Made by a program: the position numbers and the translations under genes
Notes under the pieces: model-generated
What the model was told of the DNA's origin: nothing
Databases searched by the model: none
The model's input: the letters and a program-made list of their open reading frames with translations, nothing else
DNA from: Methylophaga frappieri
GTDB taxonomy: Bacteria; Pseudomonadota; Gammaproteobacteria; Nitrosococcales; Methylophagaceae
Assembly (NCBI RefSeq): GCF_000260965.1
Contig: NC_017856.1
Coordinates: forward strand, 630,001-662,000
Direction: 5' to 3'
Length of the DNA: 32,000 bases
Shown here: positions 8,148-16,528 of the stretch, piece after piece
Layout: each line of letters starts with the position of its first letter
How positions within the stretch are numbered: the stretch's first letter is position 1

Positions 8148-8656
8148 ACCATTTCCGTAAGTTAATGTGTACAGTTAACATCAACCACCGGTCGCGCGCG
8201 TCGAACCAGTTAATGTAAAACAAAACTGGCAAGATCCTCTCTATCCACACAGACCCGGTAGTCTGGATGCACTCGTTTGCTGCTTTCTAATATTTATTTT
8301 CATGCTCGCAAACGCATCATTATTTGGGCAGGTGACATTGTTAGCCTCTGCGCTAATAAATTCTTTCGTAGTCACGCCAGTAACAGGCGAAGCTAACGAC
8401 AGCATTCATCACTTATCCAATTTTGCTTCTATTATACCGTTTAATAAGCCAAAAGTTGATCACCTAAAATACAACACATATTCCAAGGTGAATAAATATG
8501 GTCAATTCAAGAGACATGCTGTGACGGGCCGGCATCGCGTTAACCATGACTGGCGAAAAACGTTAACAGCTCAGCGTTGTCCCGCTGATTTGTGCTGAAT
8601 TAAAGACGTCCAGATATTTTCTGGCTAAAAAGAGCTAGAAACGGCTGATTTCAGAT

Positions 8657-8694
8657 AAAAAAGGCCCAGAACATTTCTGAAATTGTTCTGAGCC
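8657..8694 (-). terminator. Intrinsic terminator of the tRNA-fMet transcript
   Basis: The minus strand reads GGCTCAGAACA-atttcagaaa-TGTTCTGGGCC followed by TTTTTTAT. This is an 11 bp stem with one G-U pair and a U6 tract, about 25 nt after the tRNA 3' end. Confidence 0.7.
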
Positions 8695-8717
8695 TTCGTT
8701 GATTCTGAATTCAGAAT

Positions 8718-8794
<77 letters not shown>

Positions 8795-8810
8795 CCTGAA
8801 TAAGCAGATA

Positions 8811-8839
8811 AGTATACAGTGAGACGATATCTCTTGCAA
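8811..8839 (-). promoter_or_regulatory. Candidate sigma70 promoter of the tRNA-fMet gene
   Basis: The minus strand reads TTGCAA (8834-8839), a 17 nt spacer (gagatatcgtctcactg), then TATACT (8811-8816). The -10 hexamer ends 16 nt before the tRNA 5' end, and the promoter lies just after the ntrC stop codon. Confidence 0.6.
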
Positions 8840-8847
8840 GGATAGAT

Positions 8848-10251
8848 TCAATTCTCTTTTAATTTTCTGGTCAACGTATTTCGCCCCCATCCCAACAACT
8901 TGGCAGCTTCCTGACGTTTACCTGCTGTTTTTTCCAAAGCGACTTCCATCAACACATTTTCAATCATTGGCACCACATCGGCCAAAGCCCCTTCCTGCCC
9001 GGTCAAGGCCTTGGCTGCGGCCCACTGTTTAAATAGTTGCTGCCAGTCACCATGACGACGACTCGTGTCATCATGATTTTCAGCTGATAGCTCACCGGGA
9101 AGATCATCCATTTGTACAACTTGCCCCGGAGACATAACCATTAGCCAACGACAAACATTTTCTAATTGTCTAACATTGCCTGGCCAAGTTAATTGAGACA
9201 GATAATTATCGACTTCTGCTGCCACCGATTTAGTTGCCATGTTCAATTCGCGTGCCGCTTTGCTTAAAAAATAGGCCACTAGCGCTGGTATATCTTCACG
9301 TCTTTCCCTGAGTGCCGGTATATGGATCCGGATGACGTTGAGTCGATGAAATAAATCTTCTCGAAAATCGCCCCGTTCAACCCGTTGTTCCAAATTTTGG
9401 TGCGTCGCGGCAATAATCCGAACATCGGCTTTTACCGCACTATGTCCACCAACGCGAAAGTACTCGCCATCAGACAATACCCGTAACAACCGAGTTTGCA
9501 GCTCAATTGGCATGTCGCCAATTTCATCAAGAAATAAGGTGCCACCGTTCGCTTGTTCAAAGCGCCCTTTTCGAGCGGCATGCGCTCCGGTAAAAGCCCC
9601 TTTTTCATGACCAAACAGCTCTGACTCCAGTAATTCTTTGGGAATGGCAGCCATGTTCAATGCAATAAATGGCGCCGTTCGCCGTGGACTATGCTTGTGT
9701 AAGGCATGAGCGACCAATTCTTTACCGGTACCTGATTCACCATTAATCAAAACCGTAATATTCGATCGCGCCAGGCGTCCAATCGCCCGAAACACCTCTT
9801 GCATGGCCGGTGCTTCACCAATAATTTCGGTACCCAGATTAATTGCATCATCCGGTTCATCATGTTTTTGTTGGCGGTGAGCAATGGCACGTTGTACTAA
9901 TTCGACCGCTTCATCCACATCAAACGGTTTTGGTAAATATTCAAAAGCACCGCCTTCATACACTGACACGGCGCTGTCCAGATCGGAATAGGCGGTCATG
10001 ATAATCACCGGTAACTCAGGCTGGTGCAGTTGAATATCGGCCAGTAATTGCAAGCCATCCATGCCTGGCATCCGAATGTCGCTGACTAATACGTCAGGGT
10101 TGGACTGCGCTTCCTGCTTTAATGCGCGGAGTGCCAAATCGGCATTTTCGAATGATTGAACGCTGATATCGACAGATTCAAGCGCTTTCTGCAAGACCCA
10201 GCGAATTGAACGATCATCGTCGACTATCCATACGTTTGGTTTATTAGCCAC
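8848..10251 (-). CDS. glnG: Nitrogen regulation response regulator NtrC (sigma54-dependent activator)
   Basis: Receiver domain (VWIVDDDRSIRWVLQKAL, DIRMPGMDG). AAA+ sigma54-interaction domain (GESGTGKELVA, ESELFGHEKGAFTGA with the GAFTGA motif). C-terminal Fis-type HTH (AAKLLGWGRNTLTRKLKE). Apparent GTG start, 1 nt after the ntrB stop. Confidence 0.95.
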   Translation of the reverse strand: MANKPNVWIVDDDRSIRWVLQKALESVDISVQSFENADLALRALKQEAQSNPDVLVSDIRMPGMDGLQLLADIQLHQPELPVIIMTAYSDLDSAVSVYEGGAFEYLPKPFDVDEAVELVQRAIAHRQQKHDEPDDAINLGTEIIGEAPAMQEVFRAIGRLARSNITVLINGESGTGKELVAHALHKHSPRRTAPFIALNMAAIPKELLESELFGHEKGAFTGAHAARKGRFEQANGGTLFLDEIGDMPIELQTRLLRVLSDGEYFRVGGHSAVKADVRIIAATHQNLEQRVERGDFREDLFHRLNVIRIHIPALRERREDIPALVAYFLSKAARELNMATKSVAAEVDNYLSQLTWPGNVRQLENVCRWLMVMSPGQVVQMDDLPGELSAENHDDTSRRHGDWQQLFKQWAAAKALTGQEGALADVVPMIENVLMEVALEKTAGKRQEAAKLLGWGRNTLTRKLKEN

Positions 10252-10252
10252 G

Positions 10253-11317
10253 TTAGCTTGACTCCAGCGGAAAAGTTACAGAAAAGACTGTTTGCCCAGG
10301 ATGGCTGCTGCATATCACCGTCCCATCATTGCGTTGCACCAAGTTTTGAACCAGGTATAAACCCAGACCGGTGCCATCAGCACGGCCGGTGACCAACGGA
10401 TAAAACAAACTGTCTTGTAAATGTTTGGGAATACCCGGTCCGTTATCTTCGACTTCAGCCAACACCCCTAATTTATAGAAGGACTTATCAATCGTCAGGT
10501 TACGCTGAATACGGGTGCGCAGGCGGATGATGCCAATACCGTGCATCGCTTGGACCGCATTACGAACGATATTGAGAAAAATCTGGATGAGTTGATCAAA
10601 GTCGGCATGTAAATCTGGAATACTTGGGTCATAATCGACAATAAATTGAAGTCGCTCATCAACTTCGATATCAACCAGCTGCCGAACACGTTGCAAAATT
10701 TCATGAATATTGACCGCTGTTTTGTCAGATTGCTGATACGGTCCTAACATTCTGGTCATCAGATTTTGTAGGCGATCTGCTTCGCTGATAATGATACGGG
10801 TATATTCTTTCAGATCGTCTGAGTCCAGTTGCCTTTCAAGCAACTGCGCTGCGCCTCTTAATCCGCCTAAAGGGTTTTTTATCTCATGTGCCAGACCGCG
10901 AACAACCTGTTGTTGCGTCTGTAAGTTTTCATCCCGGTTTACGCGCTGTTGATAATCCAATTGAGACAATTCAATCAGCAAATACGACTCACCAAGGTCC
11001 ATCAGTTTAATGGCACAATCCACCACAATTTCGCCACTCGCCGGCAAAAATAACGTAATTTCTCGTTCGATCAATGCTTGACCACTGCTAAGCACACGCT
11101 GGATCGATTTCTGAAGGCGCAACTCGCCGGGTAAAAGCATTTGAAAGGGAATGTGCTCTGCCTGACGTTGCGAAATCTCAAACATGATTTCTGTGGCGGT
11201 ATTGATATAACAAACTCGGCACTGTGTATCGAGCACCAGTACCGCCGTCGCCAGATTCTCCAAGACATCTGTACAGGCAATTAACTCATCATTCATCAGC
11301 AGGTGATCACTTTTCAT
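10253..11317 (-). CDS. glnL: Nitrogen regulation sensor histidine kinase NtrB
   Basis: N-terminal PAS-like region. The H-box GLAHEIKNPLGGLRGAAQLL is nearly identical to E. coli NtrB. N and G boxes are present (NIVRNAVQAM, DNGPGIP, GTGLGL). It lies immediately upstream of ntrC. Confidence 0.93.
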   Translation of the reverse strand: MKSDHLLMNDELIACTDVLENLATAVLVLDTQCRVCYINTATEIMFEISQRQAEHIPFQMLLPGELRLQKSIQRVLSSGQALIEREITLFLPASGEIVVDCAIKLMDLGESYLLIELSQLDYQQRVNRDENLQTQQQVVRGLAHEIKNPLGGLRGAAQLLERQLDSDDLKEYTRIIISEADRLQNLMTRMLGPYQQSDKTAVNIHEILQRVRQLVDIEVDERLQFIVDYDPSIPDLHADFDQLIQIFLNIVRNAVQAMHGIGIIRLRTRIQRNLTIDKSFYKLGVLAEVEDNGPGIPKHLQDSLFYPLVTGRADGTGLGLYLVQNLVQRNDGTVICSSHPGQTVFSVTFPLESS

Positions 11318-11461
11318 GTCGCCTAGACTGCAAAATCCACTCCAAACACAGGATTAAAAACAGTTTTTTTTATAAGCGATTGATTAGATTTACATTTATT
11401 TTTTACACTGGATTGATTTGCTGGCAATACGTTTATCGGCATCAATCAGATAGCGTGATCT

Positions 11462-11478
11462 TGCACCATTTTGATGCA
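11462..11478. promoter_or_regulatory. Candidate NtrC binding site upstream of ntrB
   Basis: TGCACC-ATTTT-GATGCA matches the NtrC dyad consensus TGCACC-N5-GGTGCA at 11 of 12 positions. It lies 145-161 nt upstream of the ntrB ATG. Confidence 0.5.
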
Positions 11479-11506
11479 TACCACCAGTATAGCAGTTGAA
11501 AAGAAG

Positions 11507-12073
11507 CTAGGGCGCTGGCACGTTACGCGTATTAGGGTTCAATAAAATACTATTGCGTTGCAAGTGAAACTTGATTTGCGGGCTTTCGGCGATAACTTCA
11601 CCATTTTGATTAATCACACTGGCTGACAGCGTATGGGTGCCTCGATCAAGATTTTCGAGAGAGAAGCTTAACTGGGGCAAGGGTTCGCCATGGGGGCGGC
11701 CATCAAGATTCAGTTGAATCTTATCTTGCCTGTCACTGCTTAATGCGGGGCGTATTTCGATATTCACCGTTAAATTTCCATTGTTGATCCGCATCGTTTC
11801 ATCATCTTGCGGACTCACAACACCAATCTCATAATCAGGCACCGCCGTTGCTTCCTCTTCTGTTAGGTCACTATCAGTCTCATCAGAATCGGGATCAATA
11901 TCAGGCAGGTCAACTGGGGAATAGGTCGATGCTTCAGGTAAATCGACCGGCTCAGCATTTTCGACAGGTTGATCTGAAAAAACGGTATTACCATTTTCAT
12001 CAACCCAACGATAAACCTCAGCCGTAATAACAACTGGTAAAAAACAAAGCAGCAAAGCAATTATTTTTTTCAT
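11507..12073 (-). CDS. DUF4124 domain-containing secreted or periplasmic protein
   Basis: Signal-peptide-like N-terminus MKKIIALLLCFLPVVITA, followed by the DUF4124 signature EVYRWVDENGNTVFSDQP, an acidic linker (PDIDPDSDETDSDLTEEEA) and a ~100 aa C-terminal domain. The track ORF extends to 12124. I prefer the ATG at 12073 because it starts the signal peptide, although the Shine-Dalgarno sequence there is weak. Confidence 0.75.
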   Translation of the reverse strand: MKKIIALLLCFLPVVITAEVYRWVDENGNTVFSDQPVENAEPVDLPEASTYSPVDLPDIDPDSDETDSDLTEEEATAVPDYEIGVVSPQDDETMRINNGNLTVNIEIRPALSSDRQDKIQLNLDGRPHGEPLPQLSFSLENLDRGTHTLSASVINQNGEVIAESPQIKFHLQRNSILLNPNTRNVPAP

Positions 12074-12120
12074 ACCAACAATATAGGCCAGCCAGATAGG
12101 CATGACAAGTAGAGGATGAT

Positions 12121-12154
12121 ACAAACAAAAACGCCTCCGGAAAGGAGGCGTTTT
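12121..12154 (-). terminator. Intrinsic terminator after glnA
   Basis: Perfect 11 bp stem AAAACGCCTCC/GGAGGCGTTTT (12128-12138 and 12144-12154) with loop GGAAA. On the minus strand it is followed by TTTTGTTTGT. It lies 23 nt after the glnA stop. Confidence 0.8.
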
Positions 12155-12176
12155 CGCTACAAATTATGCTACGGTT

Positions 12177-13586
12177 TTAGACACTGTAGTACAGATCAAA
12201 CTCAGCAGGATGTGTTTCCATACGCAGACGGGTGACTTCTTCCATTTTCAGCGCGATATAACCATCAATCATATCGTCGGTGAAAACACCGCCTTCAGTC
12301 AGAAAGGCACGATCTTGATCCAAAGCATTCAATGCTTGATCCAGCGCATGACATACTGTCGGGATATTTGCAGATTCTTCTGGCGGCAAATCGTACAAGT
12401 CTTTATCCATCGCATCGCCCGGGTGGATCTTGTTTTTAATGCCATCAAGACCCGCCATCAACATGGCACTGAATGCCAGATAAGGGTTTGCTGAAGGATC
12501 TGGGAAACGCACTTCGATACGGCGTCCTTTAGGGTTACTGACAAAAGGAATACGGATTGACGCACTACGATTTCGTGCTGAATAAGCCAGCATGACCGGG
12601 GCTTCAAAGCCCGGTACCAGGCGTTTGTAGCTATTGGTGCTGGAGTTAGTAAAGGCATTAAGCGCACGGGCATGTTTGATAATACCGCCGATATAGTACA
12701 ACGCTGTTTCTGACAGACCACCGTACTTGTTACCAGTAAACAAATTATCACCATCTTTAGCAATGGATTGGTGAACATGCATACCACTACCATTGTCACC
12801 GACTAATGGTTTTGGCATAAAGGTCGCTGTTTTACCGTAAACGTGCGCAACATTGTGAACGACATATTTCAAAATCTGTACTTCGTCAGCTTTTTTGACT
12901 AACGTGTTGAATTTGGTGCCGATTTCACACTGCCCCGCTGTCGCCACTTCATGGTGATGTACTTCAGTTACCAGCCCCATTTCTTCCATGGTCAGACACA
13001 TTGCTGAACGGATATCTTGCAAAGAGTCGACGGGGGGTACAGGGAAATAGCCGCCTTTCACACTTGGGCGGTGACCTTTGTTGCCATCAGGGAAGACTTT
13101 TTCGGTATTCCACGAAGACTCATCCGAATCAATTTTGTAGAAAGACCCTGAAATATTACTGCCCCAACGCACATCATCAAGGATGAAGAATTCCGGTTCT
13201 GGGCCAAAATAAGCGACATCGGCCATGCCGGTAGATTGCAAGTAAGCTTCCGCCCGCTTAGCAACACTGCGGGGATCACGTTCATAGCCTTGCATTGTCG
13301 CTGGTTCAACGATGTCGCAACGAATGATTAAGGTAATGTCATCCATGAAAGGGTCTAACACGGCCGTTTCCGGGTCCGGCATCAGAATCATGTCTGATTC
13401 ATTAATTCCTTTCCAGCCAGCAACAGATGAACCGTCAAACATCACACCTTCAGAAAAGGTATCTTCATCAATACCATGCGCCGGATAAGAAACATGCTGT
13501 TCTTTACCACGAGTGTCGGTAAAACGGAAATCGACGAATTTGACTTCTTCGTCCTTGATCATCTGTAAAACATTTTCGACTGACAT
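12177..13586 (-). CDS. glnA: Glutamine synthetase type I
   Basis: 469 aa with GSI motifs FDGSSVAGW and [13 protein letters not shown]. The adenylylation-site region [12 protein letters not shown] contains the conserved Tyr. A GGAGAG Shine-Dalgarno sequence lies 5 nt upstream of the ATG. Confidence 0.97.
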   Translation of the reverse strand: MSVENVLQMIKDEEVKFVDFRFTDTRGKEQHVSYPAHGIDEDTFSEGVMFDGSSVAGWKGINESDMILMPDPETAVLDPFMDDITLIIRCDIVEPATMQGYERDPRSVAKRAEAYLQSTGMADVAYFGPEPEFFILDDVRWGSNISGSFYKIDSDESSWNTEKVFPDGNKGHRPSVKGGYFPVPPVDSLQDIRSAMCLTMEEMGLVTEVHHHEVATAGQCEIGTKFNTLVKKADEVQILKYVVHNVAHVYGKTATFMPKPLVGDNGSGMHVHQSIAKDGDNLFTGNKYGGLSETALYYIGGIIKHARALNAFTNSSTNSYKRLVPGFEAPVMLAYSARNRSASIRIPFVSNPKGRRIEVRFPDPSANPYLAFSAMLMAGLDGIKNKIHPGDAMDKDLYDLPPEESANIPTVCHALDQALNALDQDRAFLTEGGVFTDDMIDGYIALKMEEVTRLRMETHPAEFDLYYSV

Positions 13587-13649
13587 GTAATCTCTCCAGG
13601 TTTAAAAATGCACCCCGCGGTGCTACAAAAAATTTACACTCACCATAAC

Positions 13650-13666
13650 AGCACAAAGCTTGCCAA
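13650..13666 (-). promoter_or_regulatory. Candidate sigma54 (-24/-12) promoter of glnA
   Basis: The minus strand reads TTGGCAAGCTTTGTGCT. This fits TGGCA-N6-TGCT with exact GG-N10-GC spacing, against the consensus TGGCAC-N5-TTGCA. It lies about 65-80 nt upstream of the glnA ATG. Confidence 0.55.
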
Positions 13667-13717
13667 CTTCTACAATGCACTCAAAACAGGCAATTAACCG
13701 CTTCCCCTCACCACAAA

Positions 13718-13734
13718 AGCACCAAAAAGGTGCG
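13718..13734. promoter_or_regulatory. Candidate NtrC enhancer site A for glnA
   Basis: AGCACC-AAAAA-GGTGCG matches TGCACC-N5-GGTGCA at 10 of 12 positions. Its centre is about 75 nt upstream of the -12 element. Confidence 0.5.
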
Positions 13735-13748
13735 GTTATTGCACGATA

Positions 13749-13765
13749 GGCACCACTTTAGTGCG
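13749..13765. promoter_or_regulatory. Candidate NtrC enhancer site B for glnA
   Basis: GGCACC-ACTTT-AGTGCG matches the NtrC dyad at 9 of 12 positions. It lies 31 bp centre-to-centre from site A and overlaps the stop codon of the TusA-like gene. Confidence 0.4.
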
Positions 13766-13991
13766 ACGCACCAACTCTGACCGTAATGACCCAGCCCGCT
13801 TCGCGCGTTTGCTGTTCGGTTATTTCATGACCATGGATTCTCGCCCATGCCGGAATATCATGCAATGCACCCGGATCGGTGCAGCTGATTGCCAGTGTAT
13901 CGCCCGCTTGTAACTGCTTTACTTTATCTTGAGTCCGAATCACCGGCATCGGGCATAAAAGGCGCTCCGCATTCAGGTAATGGTGACTCAT
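13758..13991 (-). CDS. TusA/SirA-family sulfur carrier protein
   Basis: The CPMP active-site motif (LLCPMPVIRT) and the downstream GDTLAISCTDPGALHDIPAWARIHGHEI align with E. coli TusA (RCPEPVMMVR...IADDPATTRDIP). The ATG at 13991 overlaps the upstream stop as ATGA. The TTG at 14000 in the track is less likely. Confidence 0.85.
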   Translation of the reverse strand: MSHHYLNAERLLCPMPVIRTQDKVKQLQAGDTLAISCTDPGALHDIPAWARIHGHEITEQQTREAGWVITVRVGASH

Positions 13992-15043
13992 AAATACCAA
14001 CTTTGCGGGATCTGAGCCGCTGGCATAGGCCGAATTTTTACCATTTCCCGATGGTTATCCGGTTTTCTCACTTCAAGCATCACTTCATCGGCCAGTTTGC
14101 CCTGACCAAATCGCGCCACAATCGACGCAGCCAAGTCTAATTGAGCAGACGAGATATCGCCATCAATTAACGCCATTGGACCTTTATGACTGACCGGAGT
14201 GAGACTGACATATTGGTTGCGATATCCCTCCATGAATTTACATTCACCTTGATCTCGCGCCACGATAACCTTAAACGTTTTTTCAGGACGCAAGTGACGC
14301 CCAACTTTTAATAACATAATGTCATCTAACTCATAATCCCGTGACTGACGCGCCTGCCACAAATCGACCAGTTTGCCTGAATAGCTGGCATCCGTCAGAA
14401 AACAACAGCCGCCGGCCGGCGCAGCATAATCTGTAAAGCCAAATGACGCCGCCAGCTTCATTTGCGGCGTACGATTACGCCCGGAAAAACCATAAAGTTG
14501 GTCACGATTAATCCAACCTTCACGTTCCGGTTTTGTCGGCGCCAGATTCTTCGCACAGAGCGGTCTGAGCAATATATCCTCGGCACCAGATTCTCTCGCG
14601 ACAACGGGCATGCTCTTTTTTAGCTGTGATTTAGGCCGTTGGCCGATGACTTCTCCGGTAATAATAAAGTCGAAATGATTGTGATAATTTTCCCGAATCC
14701 ATTCAACGGCTTTGCGAACCATAAATACCTTACAATCAAGACAAGGGTTCATATGGCTGCCATAGCCATGTCGCGGATTTAGCAAAACATCCTTGTACTC
14801 TTCTATGACATCAACAATATGTAGTTTTATTCCCAACTGCTCTGCTGACCATAAGGCATTATTGCGTTTAGTTTTTTCTCGATGCTCATTGCGAATTGCA
14901 TGCGTATGGCCTTCGACACAAAAGCCCGTATAAAAATTTATCCCTTCAACCTCGATACCCTGTTCCTGAATGACGCGGACCGCCAACATCGAGTCCAAAC
15001 CACCAGAAAGTAAAGCAATGGCCTTATGGGGACGATCAGCCAT
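13988..15043 (-). CDS. PP-loop (adenine nucleotide alpha-hydrolase) ATPase, ThiI/MnmA-like putative sulfurtransferase
   Basis: PP-loop IALLSGGLDS close to the N-terminus. NPCLDCK (a CxxC, as in the MnmA NPCxxCN region), ITGEVIGQRPKSQ (a ThiI-like GQxxSQ) and a GGCCFLTD cysteine pair. The preferred start is the ATG at 15043 ([15 protein letters not shown]), which shares 1 nt with the tldD TAA stop. The track ORF extends to 15130, inside tldD. Confidence 0.85.
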   Translation of the reverse strand: MADRPHKAIALLSGGLDSMLAVRVIQEQGIEVEGINFYTGFCVEGHTHAIRNEHREKTKRNNALWSAEQLGIKLHIVDVIEEYKDVLLNPRHGYGSHMNPCLDCKVFMVRKAVEWIRENYHNHFDFIITGEVIGQRPKSQLKKSMPVVARESGAEDILLRPLCAKNLAPTKPEREGWINRDQLYGFSGRNRTPQMKLAASFGFTDYAAPAGGCCFLTDASYSGKLVDLWQARQSRDYELDDIMLLKVGRHLRPEKTFKVIVARDQGECKFMEGYRNQYVSLTPVSHKGPMALIDGDISSAQLDLAASIVARFGQGKLADEVMLEVRKPDNHREMVKIRPMPAAQIPQSWYL

Positions 15044-16485
15044 TAGGCGGTTCCCCCCACTGTCAGCTTGTCGACTTTCAAGGTGGGTTGCCCAACACCA
15101 ACCGGGACACTTTGTCCGTCTTTGCCGCAATTGCCAATGCCTGAATCCAAAGCCACATCATCAGCCACCATACTGATACAATTCATGACATCAGGCCCAT
15201 TGCCTATCAATGTTGCACCTTTGACTGGACGCGTTACTTTACCGTTTTCGATTAAATAAGCTTCGCTACTGGAAAAAACAAATTTGCCTGAGGTGATATC
15301 GACCTGACCGCCACCAAAATTAACGGCATAAATGCCTTTTTTTACTGAGCTGATGATTTCATCGGGCTTATGCGGGCCAGCGAGCATGTAAGTATTGGTC
15401 ATGCGGGGCATAGGTAAATGCGCATAAGACTCCCGGCGACCATTGCCGGTGGTTGGCATACCCATTAACCTGGCATTGAGTTTATCCTGCATATAGCCTG
15501 TCAACCGACCATTTTCAATCAAGGTCGTGCACTGTGTTGGCGTGCCTTCATCATCGACAGTTAGGGATCCACGCCTATCGCTGAGGGTACCGTCATCCAC
15601 AACAGTACAAAGTGACGAGGCGACCTGCTCACCAATTCTGCCTGAAAAAGCAGAGCTACCGCGTCGATTAAAATCTCCCTCAAGCCCATGCCCAACGGCC
15701 TCATGCAATAAAACACCAGGCCAACCTGATGCCAGTACCACAGGCATACTGCCAGCCGGGGCATCAACTGCTTCCAGATTAACCAACGCCTGCCGCACGG
15801 CTTCTTTGGCAAAAGATTCTGGTAAGTCATCCGCAACAAAATACTGATAATCGAGTCGTCTGCCACCGCCGGCACTACCCCGCTCACGTCGGCCATCCGA
15901 CTCGACAATGACGCTGACATTTAAACGAATAAGAGGACGGACATCTGCTGCCAACGTACCATCACTGGCCAGAATAAAAACCAGATCTTCTTCACCGGCA
16001 AGACTGACCGTTACTCGCTTGACTCTGGGGTCAGCCTCTCTAGCTGCGGTATCGGCTCGCCGTAGCAAATCCAGTTTGGCATCAGCGGATAAAGTCGAAA
16101 TCGGGTCAGTAGCGGCGTAATAGGGTGTAGCGCGTACCATGCTAGCCAGACTAATTTTTTTCTGCTGCCCTGACTTCACTACAGAACTGGCTGCATCACC
16201 GGCTTGGAGTAATGCAGATTTTTCTAAATTGTCTGAATAAGCAAATCCCGTTTTTTCACCGCTAATGGCACGAACGCCAACGCCTTGCTCAAGGTGAAAA
16301 CCACCATCCTTGATGATCCCGTCTTCAAGTAACCAGTTTTCACTGCGATTACGCTGAAAATAGAGATCCGCATAGTCCACGCCTGGCCGCATTGTTTTGG
16401 CCAGTGCAGCTTCAGCATCTTGCAACTGAAGTGACGCCGGGGTCAGCAATGATGCTGTCACGACATCAAGATAGGCTGTGCTCAT
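15043..16485 (-). CDS. tldD: Metalloprotease TldD
   Basis: 480 aa with the characteristic [11 protein letters not shown] zinc motif and a C-terminal GxC motif ([20 protein letters not shown]). It shows conserved synteny downstream of yhdP, as in E. coli. Confidence 0.95.
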   Translation of the reverse strand: MSTAYLDVVTASLLTPASLQLQDAEAALAKTMRPGVDYADLYFQRNRSENWLLEDGIIKDGGFHLEQGVGVRAISGEKTGFAYSDNLEKSALLQAGDAASSVVKSGQQKKISLASMVRATPYYAATDPISTLSADAKLDLLRRADTAAREADPRVKRVTVSLAGEEDLVFILASDGTLAADVRPLIRLNVSVIVESDGRRERGSAGGGRRLDYQYFVADDLPESFAKEAVRQALVNLEAVDAPAGSMPVVLASGWPGVLLHEAVGHGLEGDFNRRGSSAFSGRIGEQVASSLCTVVDDGTLSDRRGSLTVDDEGTPTQCTTLIENGRLTGYMQDKLNARLMGMPTTGNGRRESYAHLPMPRMTNTYMLAGPHKPDEIISSVKKGIYAVNFGGGQVDITSGKFVFSSSEAYLIENGKVTRPVKGATLIGNGPDVMNCISMVADDVALDSGIGNCGKDGQSVPVGVGQPTLKVDKLTVGGTA

Positions 16486-16528
16486 AATGCTTCTTTTAAT
16501 CTGGATAAAACGCTTATTTTATCAGAGA

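Noticed and set aside
8302-8598. 98 aa plus-strand ORF in the gltB upstream region, the only track ORF not embedded in a minus-strand gene
   Set aside because: There is no Shine-Dalgarno sequence upstream of the ATG (the context is ctaatatttattttc). I recognise no motif or domain, and the composition is odd and low in complexity. It is the only plus-strand candidate in a window that is otherwise entirely minus-strand. It is more likely non-coding regulatory DNA.
318-8717. Genomic-island interpretation of the gltB/CysJ-like segment next to the tRNA
   Set aside because: There is no integrase, transposase, direct repeat or evident compositional shift. I kept only the weaker synteny observation as a finding.
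11329-11344. Sigma54-like element TGGAGTGGATTTTGCA (GG-N10-GC with a perfect TTGCA -12 box) just upstream of ntrB
   Set aside because: The -12 element lies only about 12 nt from the ntrB ATG. Transcription would therefore start at or inside the start codon, leaving no room for a ribosome-binding site. The alternative start (Met8) has no Shine-Dalgarno sequence either. It is probably a chance match.
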